A stretch of 63,931 bases of DNA, counting the filler, from Octopus bimaculoides (taxonomy: Eukaryota): assembly GCF_001194135.2 (NCBI RefSeq). It is 6 parts of 5 records of this genome, joined end to end, with 100 filler letters (N's around TTAATTAATTAA, not from the genome) between each part and the next. Parts side by side here need not be neighbours in the genome. Positions count along the whole stretch, not along the records: positions 34,010 to 43,155 come from NC_068995.1; positions 43,256 to 56,409 come from NC_068990.1; 4 more parts are not named here. One strand, given 5' to 3'. The notes beneath the pieces were generated by a model, which was not told the DNA's origin, searched no databases, and saw only the letters and a list, made by a program, of their open reading frames with translations. The translations under genes and the position numbers were made by a program. Below are positions 40,060-53,611 of the stretch, one piece after another; position 1 is the stretch's first letter; the number at the start of each line of letters is the position of its first letter.

Positions 40060-41149
40060 CATGGAATTGCGAATTTCATGGCTCTCTTTTCCCCTCTGTA
40101 CCATCCTGCAAAAGAGCAAAATAGAAATATGAGTATAAAAATACAAATATATTAAACTTGCTTTCCCAATCATTCGTCATTTTTCACCCATAAAGAAATA
40201 TTTACAATTACAGACGTATTTACATTAGTCATTGTAAAGTTCTTGATTATGTATATTATATTTTCATTAAATACAGTATACATATTTTCTATAGCACTGG
40301 TTAAAAAAGAGGGGGAAAATAGAAAAAAATGTCCTAAATTTTTACACTTAAAAATTCCACAATCCAAATACACAAAATGTTCCATCATACATTCTTGAGT
40401 TCTTTTGCAGAGTTCGCAGGTGAAATGAGGTGCCCAGTGTTCATCTTGATCCCCGACAAGCATGCCAAAATATGCCTTCTAGGCCTCAAACATTTTAGCA
40501 GATGTTCTTAAAGAGTACTTCTTTGCTCTTCTCTTGATAAATTAACCGCAGATATAACAAAATCCATCTGCCGGATGCTTACAACCTCTTGGTGACATTT
40601 CTGACGAATACAGCTATCAATAAAGCTGTGTGTCCACTTTGACAGCTAGAAGTTGACTGAACGAAAGAGTCTATGTTTCCTGAGTCGTTTTATTTATAGT
40701 GCATTCAGTGTGTTTCCAGAATATTCTAGAAATAAATATAGAGATGTGTTTACATGCTGCTGTGTTGCCCAAACGCGGTTCAACTCCTTGTTATATATAT
40801 ATATATTAAATAGTATAATTAATTTTAAAAAACATTAATTCATATATAAATACATAAATATTATTTTTAAAACACCAATGTTCTGGCCACAGAACCAAAG
40901 TTTGAAGGGACTAACAATAATATTCGTTGCTTTCTAGACCAATGCAATTAAGAAATAATACTTAATGAGCGAAGACAAACAAAAGTCTAAAACGTGTTAT
41001 ATAGTGTTCAGATTACAACTTCATAAATAAATATCATTTTTAAAAAGTCATTGATCTGGCCACAGAAACTGAGTTTGAAGGGACTAACAATAATATTGCT
41101 TGCTTTCTAGACCAAAGACAAATAAAAGTTTAAAATTTGTTACATAGTG
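40060..41149 (-). mobile_element. Chapaev3-like (CMC superfamily) DNA transposon left-end relic with a spliced transposase 5' region
   Basis: Exon 1 (40598-40391): MSPRGCKHPADGFCYICG*FIKRRAKKYSLRTSAKMFEA*KAYFGMLVGDQDEHWAPHFTCELCKRTQE. GT-AG intron at 40390-40106. Exon 2 from 40105: WYRGEKRAMKFAIP. TATAAATAAA near 40690-40699; terminus CACTATGTAACAAATTTT at 41149. The superfamily name is from recalled motif similarity. Confidence 0.72.
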
Positions 41150-41432
41150 TTATTATTATCAAAATTTTGTAATTATCGTTTTGTAAGTGTAAAGTTTGAA
41201 AGCAGATAAAACTATATATAAAAGCATGTAATTATTCAACGGAAAATGTCGAAGGCTGCCCTTCTTTCTCTGCCCTAGTATTATATTTTATGATCATTTA
41301 TTTGTACTGGTATCTAATTCTCTTATCAATAATAGAAATGCATTTAATTAAACACTGGAGTCAGTGACACTAATCAAGTTGATGTAGCGGTGCTTAACAC
41401 ACAAATATGCAGATTAATATTTGAATGGTTAC

Positions 41433-41483
41433 CTAAGTATGAGTGCGAGGTAACAGCCAGGGACGCCCTCAAACAGTGAATAT
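41433..41483 (-). other. Candidate 51-nt internal exon (YSLFEGVPGCYLALIL or IHCLRASLAVTSHSYL)
   Basis: Acceptor aatgttcgatttcag, donor AG|gtaacc, length a multiple of 3; no homology recognised. Confidence 0.25.
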
Positions 41484-41894
41484 CTGAAATCGAACATTTA
41501 CTTATTGATTACACAAATAAAACGCCACAATCAATAATGAAAATTCGCAAAAGTTAATAATATGTTGCCCGGTGAGTTGACAGAATCGTTAGCACGACAG
41601 GTAAAATATATTTTGTACATCTTCACGTTCTGAGTGTATATGACGCCGAGATTGACTTTGCTTTTGATACATTCGGGGTCCATAAAATAATTACCATTTA
41701 AGTACTGGGGGTGGATACAATGGATTTTCTCCATGCCTGGAAATTGCTAGCCTTCTGCAAAAACTTGAAAGCGATATTTAACAATAATAATTTCTACTGA
41801 ATTAGTACTGCATTAAATAGCAAGCAATGTTCACTTACAGTAGAATACATGCATCTATGTACACAAATGCACAGATTATAGATAGACATATATT

Positions 41895-41950
<56 letters not shown>

Positions 41951-42756
41951 TGTTTGTGTGTGTGTGTATGTGTGTGTGCGTGTGCGTGCGCGCACGCGTA
42001 TGTATACGTGCACTCTCATACAAATACNNNNNNNNNNNNNNNNNNNNNNNNNNNNNNNNNNNNNNNNNNNNNNNNNNNNNNNNNNNNNNNNNNNNNNNNN
42101 NNNNNNNNNNNNNNNNNNNNNNNNNNNNNNNNNNNNNNNNNNNNNNNNNNNNNNNNNNNNNNNNNNNNNNNNNNNNNNNNNNNNNNNNNNNNNNNNNNNN
42201 NNNNNNNNNNNNNNNNNNNNNNNNNNNNNNNNNNNNNNNNNNNNNNNNNNNNNNNNNNNNNNNNNNNNNNNNNNNNNNNNNNNNNNNNNNNNNNNNNNNN
42301 NNNNNNNNNNNNNNNNNNNNNNNNNNNNNNNNNNNNNNNNNNNNNNNNNNNNNNNNNNNNNNNNNNNNNNNNNNNNNNNNNNNNNNNNNNNNNNNNNNNN
42401 NNNNNNNNNNNNNNNNNNNNNNNNNNNNNNNNNNNNNNNNNNNNNNNNNNNNNNNNNNNNNNNNNNNNNNNNNNNNNNNNNNNNNNNNNNNNNNNNNNNN
42501 NNNNNNNNNNNNNNNNNNNNNNNNNNNNNNNNNNNNNNNNNNNNNNNNNNNNNNNNNNNNNNNNNNNNNNNNNNNNNNNNNNNNNNNNNNNNNNNNNNNN
42601 NNNNNNNNNNNNNNNNNNNNNNNNNNNNNNNNNNNNNNNNNNNNNNNNNNNNNNNNNNNNNNNNNNNNNNNNNNNNNNNNNNNNNNNNNNNNNNNNNNNN
42701 NNNNNNNNNNNNNNNNNNNNNNNNNNNNNNNNNNNNNNNNNNNNNNNNNNNNNNNN

Positions 42757-42795
<39 letters not shown>

Positions 42796-42820
42796 CATGC
42801 ATACATACATACACATATAT

Positions 42821-42852
<32 letters not shown>

Positions 42853-43106
42853 ACATACGTATGTATATGAGTGTATTTATGTACACATATTCTTCAAGCG
42901 CTAATAGATAAAGGGGACAGGATATATGTTATAGAATAACTTTGGACAGAGTTACACTGGTATAAGTCTACATTTCACAGACAATTAATGCACTCAAGAA
43001 AAGCAAGGCGGAATCCAGCAACACATTATCATGCACCGTCCTCTTTTTACCGTTTGTGATAGTCATATGATGCAAGAAACATGTGTGTTTGTGTGTGTGT
43101 GTCTAA

Positions 43107-43155
<49 letters not shown>

Positions 43156-43312
43156 NNNNNNNNNNNNNNNNNNNNNNNNNNNNNNNNNNNNNNNNNNNNT
43201 TAATTAATTAANNNNNNNNNNNNNNNNNNNNNNNNNNNNNNNNNNNNNNNNNNNNAAAACCACCACCACCGCCACCACCACCGTCGCCGCCGCCGCCACC
43301 ACCACCGCCTTC

Positions 43313-43351
<39 letters not shown>

Positions 43352-43424
43352 CCCTTCCATCATTATAATTATAGAAATAATAATAATAATAATAATATTA
43401 ACAACAACAACAATAATAATAAGC

Positions 43425-44040
<616 letters not shown>

Positions 44041-44051
44041 TGATGACTATC

Positions 44052-44083
<32 letters not shown>

Positions 44084-44642
44084 GATAATAATGAGCAAAA
44101 TAAAATCAAACATAAAATAAATGTATAAAAAAGAAGAAAAAATTCCAACGAATAAAGAGAACATTGAAAATCCAATTAAGAATTATACGATAAAAAGAAA
44201 AAAGAAAAACGATAAAAATAGTGGAAGGCAAAAAAAAAAAAAAAAAAAAAAAAGAAAATACAACAGTTGCAAGTCAATAGAACTGTAGTTGTGTAATATT
44301 TGGTCAACTAAGTGCCATTTGTGAAATTCTCTAACTCTAAAATGACCAAAATAAACTAAAACGAATGATTTTTTTTCCCACTAATCTTGATCATAAAATA
44401 ACCACACAATTTCTGATTTTTGTTATGTATATCTGTTTTACTTACCGACATTTTTATATAATTTTGTTTCATATAATTTTTATACAATTATATCTATATA
44501 ATATATATATATAGGTATTTTTTAAATATATTTCCCGTTATTTTTTGGTTTTGCGTTTATGTGTTTCTATCTGTTGGTACTGGAAGCGTTTTAACCATTG
44601 GATGAAATACTTACACGCATGCATACATATATGTGTAGATAA

Positions 44643-44721
<79 letters not shown>

Positions 44722-44892
44722 TCTGCGTGTGGCGTGCTTGTGAGAATATGTGTGTATGTAAGTATGCAAAAAAATAAAAAAGTCATACTGTTATGGTGGG
44801 TTAGGTTATATTCGTAAAATGTACACTTGTTGAACGTGAGTTTAATAAGTATATCTTTAGTCCTGGTATGAAATTAGATATCATGGTTAAAG

Positions 44893-44945
<53 letters not shown>

Positions 44946-44992
44946 TCATCTATCTACATGCCTCTCTCTGTGTCTGTCTGTCNNNNNNNNNN

Positions 44993-45060
<68 letters not shown>

Positions 45061-45274
45061 TATAAAAATGTCAACACAAGAAAAGGAATTGAGTAACACA
45101 TTCTATTACATAATACTTCAATCAATTCATAACCACCTTAGCAGATCATTACCAAAATATTATCATATGATATATTAAAGACCAGTATTATTACAGCAAT
45201 AGAAGTAAGTGTCGATTTTTCAGGCACATATATTAATACAAACTGTTTGCTAAATTAAACATTATTCCACAGCA

Positions 45275-45930
45275 TACTAGGTCTGACCAACAAGTATCCA
45301 GACTGTTGCTATAGTAACGAATCTAAAGCACGCAGAGTAAAGTCGTTTGGCAGAGATTGACCTTGAACTTTGTAGTGCATGTGCACTAAGATTTAACGTT
45401 CTAGCTAACTTCAGCAGTTTTTAGGAAAACGTCGCAGATGTACGTGCAGCTGTGAGGGGAAATCGTCGAGTCACTATCCGTGAGTTATCAGAGGATGTGC
45501 AGATTAGTTACTGTTCAGTTCAGTCCATTATCACTGAAGATTTGGGTATGTGACGTGTGTCTGTCAAGTTTGTGCCAAAACTGCTTTCAGCTGACCAAAG
45601 AGACACTCAGGCTTCAGTTGGACAAGATCTTAACTGTATCGAGAACGATGAAAACCTTTTGAAAACTATGCGTAGGCTTCTGAGCAGGTATCACCAAGCA
45701 TTTGATGCAGATTCTCTGCTCAGTTTTCTGTCATGGTCAATGCGACGAACACACGCTAGACTCCTTCCTTCCAAGCACTTCTGTAAACAGCAGAAGTGAG
45801 CTAGAACATTAAATCTTAGTGCACATGCACCACAGAGTTCAAGGTCAATCTGCGTCAAGCGGCTTCACTCTGTGTGCTTTAGCTTTGTTACTATAGCAAC
45901 AGTCCAGATACTCATTGATCAGACCACATA
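45275..45930 (+). mobile_element. mariner-derived non-autonomous element with long (about 150 bp) TIRs
   Basis: TActaggtctgaccaacaagtatccagact and its inverse at 45901-45930. Internal remnant RVTIRELSEDVQISYCSVQSIITEDLGM*RVSVKFVPKLLSADQR. Confidence 0.85.
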
Positions 45931-47853
45931 TAAGCCTCGTGTTAATCATTTCATTAACATATCACAATTGAAACAAAACGTTCATGTTCCTCAATCTATT
46001 CTCTTTTGTTGATGTTTTTATATTCAGTGTTTGATACTCAATAATTTTTTTTAACTGATTTCCCGACGATCAGTTTTCACAGTAAAATCCAGTTTGGCAG
46101 CCGATACTCACACATGACCTTCCTTAAGCAAACGAGAAGTTGAACCGCCAAACTGAATTTATATATAATCTTTTACTTGTTTCGGTCATTAGACAGCGGC
46201 CATGCTGGGGTATCGCTTTGAAGGAATTTAAGTTAAATGAATTGACCACCGTACTTATTTTTTCTTTGTTTATTTATTTGAAGCCTGGTACTTGTTCTAT
46301 CCCTCTCTTTTTGCCAAACAGCTAAGTTACGAGAATGTAAGCACATCAACGCCGATTGTCAGGTGGTGGTGGGGGATAAACGCAGACACAAAACCCCCCT
46401 CGCACGCACACATACACATGTGGCTTCCAGACAGTCTCCATGGATAATTGGTCGGCCTAGAACTAACTATAGCAGAACAAACATACTCAAGGCGCTGGGC
46501 AATGAGATTGAACCTAAGATCACGTGGTTACAAAGCAAACTCCTTAACCACACAGCCACGTCTGTGTCTCTATTTGCTGATAATCATTTAATGGATTTAT
46601 TAAAACAAATATTAGAATTGAGTTTATGTAAATAATGAATAGAAGACGAAAACTCAGCAGATATTGTGTGTATTTCATACGCACGGTTAATGTGGTAAGG
46701 TTAGAAATATTAGCAACAATAAATGTCATTCTGAGTCGGTTATGACTCAGAATGTTCCAGTTGAGCTGATAAAAGGAACAGCCTGCTTGTGAAATTGCAC
46801 GTGGCTGAGTACTCCACAGTCATGCATACCATTAATGTAGTTCTCGGGGAGATTCAGCGTGAAATAGAATGTGCCAAGACTGGTCCTTTGTAATTCGTTT
46901 ACAACTCATTTTTAGCCAGCTGAGTGGACTAGAACAATATGGAATAAAGTGTCTTGCTCAAGGACATGACGTGCCAGTGGGAATCGAACTCAGGCCTTAC
47001 GATTGTAAGGCCGAATACCGCTAACCACTAAGCCATGTGCCTTCACATGTCAGGCGCAATATTTTAATCAAGAAATGAAAATTACGAAACTAAAACTACT
47101 TTCTCTTTTAAGAGACAACGTCAACACCTTCGAGGGAAGGGGCGCGTAGGCGATACCATTAATCCTAGTGTTTCACTGGTACTTTATTTATTGTCCCTTG
47201 AGACATAAAACACAAAGGTAACTTTGGTGGGATTCGAACTCAGGATAGGAAGATCCGGAACAAATAACACAAAGCCGTTTTTTTTTTCTGACGCTCTAAC
47301 AATTCTCTCAATCCATCGCCCGTTGTGTATCATCGATATCTCATGATTGGTTGATATTTTGGGATGATAACCTTGGTGGAACACCATTATAATATCAAAG
47401 ATGATATTTTCCTTTATAAGACTAACAGGAAATTAAAACATTTACCCAGTATTTTCTTACGATATTACTATTAATATTTCTTCCTTGTCTACATAAAGCT
47501 ACAGAAAGAAACGAATTGTGTTTAGGATTTACGGTTTGTCTGAAACGTGCCAACTGATGTTGTAGGTTAGGTTATTATTTTCCAAAAGCCGTAGATATAT
47601 CTTGCTGCTAAACTTATGTTTAATCTTCTGTCTGATGTAGACTATAATTTATCATAAATGGATTTGCTGTCACACCAATGTAATCTATTCCATTCTGGTT
47701 AATGTTAGATATGACAGTGGTGAGGCAGCGGGTGGGGGGTGTTCTATACATAACCGATTCCGCTTAACACGTTTTGTTGGCATTTATTTGCCATAGCGAG
47801 TGAATTACATGCTCTTACATTTTACTGTACTAATAATGTTTTATGTTTCACAG

Positions 47854-47897
47854 GATTAGTGTTATTTATTATTCATATCATTTTTACCTTTTATCAT
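47854..47897 (+). other. Candidate 44-nt exon encoding a hydrophobic stretch, (G)LVLFIIHIIFTFYH
   Basis: Branch-point-like tactaat, acceptor ttttatgtttcacag and donor |gtatgt; no homology recognised. Confidence 0.3.
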
Positions 47898-48793
47898 GTA
47901 TGTTAGTGCATTAGTGAAGTCTGTGGCTGTTGAATCATATATTTCCTGTAAAATTACATTGAAAGCGTATAAGAAAGTTTTTGCTTCTAGAAAAAGTTTC
48001 AAAATATTACCCTGGGTCCTATATAAGAAGCCAGGTCTCCCATGTGAAAATTTTATCTCAGACGCTCACTCTCGTTGGTTAATTATAATCCGTCTTTATG
48101 TTCTGAGTTCAAATTCTGCTGAGGCTCCGTTTGATGTTTTAAAATTATTTTTGGGGTTTGATAAAGTCAAATACTGGGGTCACTGTAAACGAACCTCCCC
48201 TTTCCCCAAAATTTCAGGCCTTGTACCGATATTAGAAAATTATTTTAAGACGGTGATATGGAACAATCAATAACATATCAGACAAAATACTAAGTGACAT
48301 TTCCTTTTATATGCTATAATATGNNNNNNNNNNNNNNNNNNNNNNNNNNNNNNNNNNNNNNNNNNNNNNNNNNNNNNNNNNNNNNNNNNNNNNNNNNNNN
48401 NNNNNNNNNNNNNNNNNNNNNNNNNNNNNNNNNNNNNNNNNNNNNNNNNNNNNNNNNNNNNNNNNNNNNNNNNNNNNNNNNNNNNNNNNNNNNNNNNNNN
48501 NNNNNNNNNNNNNNNNNNNNNNNNNNNNNNNNNNNNNNNNNNNNNNNNNNNNNNNNNNNNNNNNNNNNNNNNNNNNNNNNNNNNNNNNNNNNNNNNNNNN
48601 NCAAAAGAAACTAATGAAATAAGTACTAGACTTGAAAAACAGAAATAAGCACTAAGGTCAATTCATCCGACTAAAAAGTTTTCAAGGTGGTGCCCCAGAA
48701 TGGCCAAAGTCTAGAGACTGAAGCAAGCAAAAGGATGAAGAATAAATAGCTTGTCAATACATTTCGAGCATTTTCTTTCATATTGAATAAATA

Positions 48794-49011
48794 AACAATT
48801 GCAGCGTAGAAGGTGTTTATAAGCCATTTAAGAAACACACAAAAACCGTTAGATTCACTTCAACATTTAAATTTAATTTGCCAAAATATTTTCGTCGCTT
48901 TGAGGCCGCGACCTGTTCACTGACAAAATTCCGTGCTGCTGTTGAAGTGAATCTAGCGGTTTTGTGTGTTTCTTAAATGGCTTATAAACACCTTCCACGC
49001 TGCAATTGTTT
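48794..49011. mobile_element. Penelope-type terminal-repeat fragment with an about 70-bp inverted duplication
   Basis: aacaattgcagcgtagaaggtgtttataagcc...ttcacttcaaca (about 48794-48865) is mirrored at about 48940-49011. The spacer holds a hammerhead-like fold. The Penelope origin is an inference. Confidence 0.6.
48877..48927 (-). ncRNA. Hammerhead-like ribozyme with a swapped G3-C8 core
   Basis: UUUGUCA-GUGAACA-G-GUCGC[GGCCUCAAA]GCGAC-GAAA-AUAUU-U-UGGCAAA: 7-bp helix I, 5-bp helix II and palindromic helix III (AAUAUU). Confidence 0.55.
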
Positions 49012-50892
49012 TCGTTTCAGCACACGATCTCAGATCAGGTCGCTTGCTATGCAAGTACATCTCCGAAATAAACAGTTGTATCTAAAATATAAAAAATCCA
49101 TCATTTAATACCTACCTTTGGCTCCTGCTTGCAATAGCCCAGAATCTTTTACGCAGAGCCAAATTTCCTTTCAAGATTCTTTAGATTTGAAGCATAATTA
49201 TACACGAAATATTGTATGTTTTTAGGAAGCGGTGATATAATTTATAAATCCAATATATATTTTTATCTACAATTTCTATATTTCGCTCCAAAGCTGAAAG
49301 AATTCACAACATGAAAATTAGATCAATCATTATTGGTTCGGCTAAGAAATTTGTCATTTTTTTCATATAATATGGTTTTCTCTGATAATTAATTGCCTTC
49401 TCAAGTAGGTGATGAGTTTGGTTTATGCGACATTTTGACGATGTCTTCTGTTCTCAAATGCTGGTAACGTTGTAAATGGTTTTTAAGATATAATTCAGTA
49501 TAAAATGCCACTTTATAACCGTATACATGTGTATACACACACACACACACAGATATATATGTATACACACACCCTGAGTTTATACATGTCTGCATATTGC
49601 CACAACGTAACGTTTAATCTACTGAAGATATACTTGGCCTGAAGAGTGGCCGGCGATATACACACCTCACTTGGATTTTACCATTTCTGAGGTTCGGCTC
49701 GCTATGACACATATGCAGCCCGCATCTTTCTTATTCTATTCCGTAATTCTTGTGTGTATGTATGTACATATATATATATATATATATATATANNNNNNNN
49801 NNNNNNNNNNNNNNNNNNNNNNNNNNNNNNNNNNNNNNNNNNNNNNNNNNNNNNNNNNNNNNNNNNNNNNNNNNNNNNNNNNNNNNNNNNNNNNNNNNNN
49901 NNNNNNNNNNNNNNNNNNNNNNNNNNNNNNNNNNNNNNNNNNNNNNNNNNNNNNNNNNNNNNNNNNNNNNNNNNNNNNNNNNNNNNNNNNNNNNNNNNNN
50001 NNNNNNNNNNNNNNNNNNNNNNNNNNNNNNNNNNNNNNNNNNNNNNNNNNNNNNNNNNNNNNNNNNNNNNNNNNNNNNNNNNNNNNNNNNNNNNNNNNNN
50101 NNNNNNNNNNNNNNNNNNNNNNNNNNNNNNNNNNNNNNNNNNNNNNNNNNNNNNNNNNNNNNNNNNNNNNNNNNNNNNNNNNNNNNNNNNNNNNNNNNNN
50201 NNNNNNNNNNNNNNNNNNNNNNNNNNNNNNNNNNNNNNNNNNNNNNNNNNNNNNNNNNNNNNNNNNNNNNNNNNNNNNNNNNNNNNNNNNNNNNNNNNNN
50301 NNNNNNNNNNNNNNNNNNNNNNNNNNNNNNNNNNNNNNNNNNNNNNNNNNNNNNNNNNNNNNNNNNNNNNNNNNNNNNNNNNNNNNNNNNNNNNNNNNNN
50401 NNNNNNNNNNNNNNNNNNNNNNNNNNNNNNNNNNNNNNNNNNNNNNNNNNNNNNNNNNNNNNNNNNNNNNNNNNNNNNNNNNNNNNNNNNNNNNNNNNNN
50501 NNNNNNNNNNNNNNNNNNNNNNNNNNNNNNNNNNNNNNNNNNNNNNNNNNNNNNNNNNNNNNNNNNNNNNNNNNNNNNNNNNNNNNNNNNNNNNNNNNNN
50601 NNNNNNNNNNNNNNNNNNNNNNNNNNNNNNNNNNNNNNNNNNNNNNNNNNNNNNNNNNNNNNNNNNNNNNNNNNNNNNNNNNNNNNNNNNNNNNNNNNNN
50701 NNNNNNNNNNNNNNNNNNNNNNNNNNNNNTTCCGTCTACGAAATCCACTCACACGGCTTTAGTCGGCCCGAGGCTATAGTAGAAGACACTTGCTCAAGGT
50801 GCCACACAGTGGGACTGAACCCGTAACCATGTGGTTGGTAAGAAAGCTACTTACTACACAGTCACTTATTATTATTATTATTATTATTATTA

Positions 50893-50927
<35 letters not shown>

Positions 50928-51184
50928 GTTGTTGTTATTATTGCTGTTGTTGTTACAGGCAGCGAGTTGGGAGAAGTGTTAACATGATCGGTAAAATGCT
51001 TACCAGCATTTCTTCCTCCTTAACATTCCGAATTGAAATACTGCCAAATTCGACTAAGCTTTTCATCCTTTGGGAAACAACTAAATAAGTACCAGCTGAG
51101 CACCTGGGCCGATGTGATTGACTTCCGTCGCTCCCCTCCTCTCATAATTGCTGGCCTTGCTCCAAAATTCGAAACAATACATGA

Positions 51185-51452
51185 TTAAGAAGACGAAGAA
51201 GAAGAAGAGGGGGAAAACGAAGAAGAAGAAAAGGAAAAAGAAAAGGACGAAGTGGAAGGAAAGGAAGAAGAAAAGGGAAGAAGAGGAGGAAGACGAAGAT
51301 GAAGAAAAGGATAAAGAGAAAGAAGAAAAAAGAAGAAGAGGAAAAAGAAGAGGAAAAAGAAGAGAAAAAAGACGAAGGGGAAGTTGAAAAAAGGAAGAAG
51401 AGGAAAGAGAAAAGAAAGATGTTGAAGAAGAGGAAGAAGAGAAAAAAGAAAG

Positions 51453-51509
<57 letters not shown>

Positions 51510-51510
51510 G
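51185..51510. repeat. Imperfect (GAA)n polypurine tract followed by (AAT)n
   Basis: Seen directly; the K/E-rich ORFs here are artefacts. Confidence 0.9.
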
Positions 51511-52265
51511 TAATAAGAGTTAGCAAATATATATTATTAAGTTTGTGTCAATATTCATGAGTGCATGTTTAAGAAATTTTCGTTATACATGTGGTGCATG
51601 TTTTATTTAAACACTTGATAACATGAAAAGAAAGTCCAAATTGTGTTTGGAATGTGTTCATCATTGACTGAGGTTATTAGACAGAGGTAAGAAAAAACTG
51701 GATTTAGAATCTAATTTTGATTCACTTGAGGGAAATGCGTAAAAAAGTTTTTGGGAAGTTACATTTCAATAATTTTAATTATTTTAATATATGCCAAAGA
51801 AAAAAAAATAGATGAATATCTATCATATTTAATATTCTCAAAATATTTAAATTAAGTTAACAAAGAAACGAGTGTTATAGAAAGTTATATCATTATTGAA
51901 TAATATTTTTATTCTCCAACATATCGTATGAAGAATCTTGAGTTAATAAAATTTAAGATAGGAATATTTAGGCCAAGAGCTATGAGTATTTTGAAAATAA
52001 TAATAAAAAAGAACGATTTTATTTGTCTTTGGTTCTGTGTTCGATTTGAAGACTCTTGATGTGAATTCGTGTGTTGAAACAAATCTTGTGTATTGGGAGG
52101 GCAATTACGCCAGTAACAATACACGCACTGGTTCAATATATTTTTTTTTATTGTTAGTCAATTGGTTAAAAGTCTAACCATCTCATTAATAGACCGATTG
52201 TTTAATGTGCTGGTCAAACAATCAATCAGTTATTTGTTAGTCAAAGTCCTTTCGTCACTGCTTAC

Positions 52266-52349
52266 GACCTTCTCAGTGTCTTGCCCCATCTCTTCAAGAT
52301 CTGTGTTATTATAATTGATGTGATGACTTTCCCAAGACACAACAAAATT
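52266..52349 (-). other. Candidate 84-nt internal exon (NFVVSWESHHINYNNTDLEEMGQDTEKV)
   Basis: Open frame bounded by AG and a strong donor GTC|gtaagc; the polypyrimidine tract is weak and no homology is recognised. Confidence 0.3.
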
Positions 52350-52803
52350 CTATTTGTATTTGTATGGAAATATTTACCCCCCAGCATAAAAATATGGTTT
52401 CAAATTTAGACACAAAGATAGCAGTTTTAAGGGTTTGGAATTATTTATCGTCATCAACTCTAATACTTGACAGGTACTTTATTCTAACAATTCTGGAAAA
52501 TGAAAGGTAATGTTGATTCAGAACTTGAAGAACCAGATATGAAGCAACAAATGCATACATTTATACTGTATGAAGAATTAGCTATTTAACCAACAAAATA
52601 CTACTAATAAATTTCTGATTTGGGATATAAAAATAATTATCGTACGACAAACTGGAATATATCTTAATATATACTTAATGTGAGGCGGCGCATCGGCAGG
52701 AATGTTAGCACGCTGGGCAGAATGCTTTATGAGATTTCGGTTGCGTTTACGTTCTGAGTTCAAATACTGCGCGGGTTGACTTAGCCTTTCATCCTTTAGG
52801 AGT

Positions 52804-53408
52804 TGTAGTGAGTCAAGGAAGTGCTATTTTGTCGTCGCAGATTAGCACAGTTGTGTTTTGGCAACTGTAGCCAATCGGAGCTGGTCGCGTAGCTCTAAAT
52901 ACAGCGTCATCCGACCAGAAGGAACTCTGTTCCGGTCAGTCAGCCGACAGTTAACAGAAGACTTCGACGAGAGTACAGCTATTTTCAGTGGGACTTCGGA
53001 AGGACACTGCTCCTGATGAAATTACTTCAACATGAACAGCTGTATTATTTCACCGACTTAACGCCGTAAACTTCGGGATTACATTAAGTTCGGGCGGCAA
53101 ATCCCGTTACTCTCTGGACGGAACCTGTTTGTTTAAACTTCTTGCTACTTTTATCGCAGTATGCTTCTATCTATTTGTGTAAGAATAAGTCCAACGGCCT
53201 TTCTTGGCTCCTACATACAACAGTTGTCTGCTCTCATTGCAACCCTAATAAATTATGTTTGTCCTAATATAACCTGATGTATTTTCTCAATGCCTCACAG
53301 TTGCAACTGTTTCATTGACTTTACACTGTGTGTATCTATTTGGTAAGACGCTAAAATTGGTTCCGCTTTACTTAAGTTACATTCGAACACAGAAACAACT
53401 CCATTATA
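52804..53408. mobile_element. Solo LTR (probably Gypsy-type) inserted into a Meta-like SINE
   Basis: 4-bp TSD GAGT (52800-52803 and 53409-53412). Starts TG and ends TA (decayed CA), with imperfect terminal inverted repeats TGTAGTGAGT / TATAATGGAGT. It interrupts the SINE (52683-52803 and 53409-53490) exactly at ccttt..gagt|cgataaa. Confidence 0.75.
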
Positions 53409-53535
53409 GAGTCGATAAAATAAGTTCCATTTGAGCACAGGGGTTGATGTAGTTGACTTACATTATTCGCCGAAACTTCTGGCCTTATATAAACTGAATG
53501 TAACGCATTTGGAGATGGTAGATATTATGGATCAC

Positions 53536-53585
<50 letters not shown>

Positions 53586-53611
53586 TGATGATGATAATAA
53601 TAATAAATTAG

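Noticed and set aside
51148-51526. K/E-rich and F/S-rich ORFs
   Set aside because: Low-complexity GAA tract with no splice or homology support.
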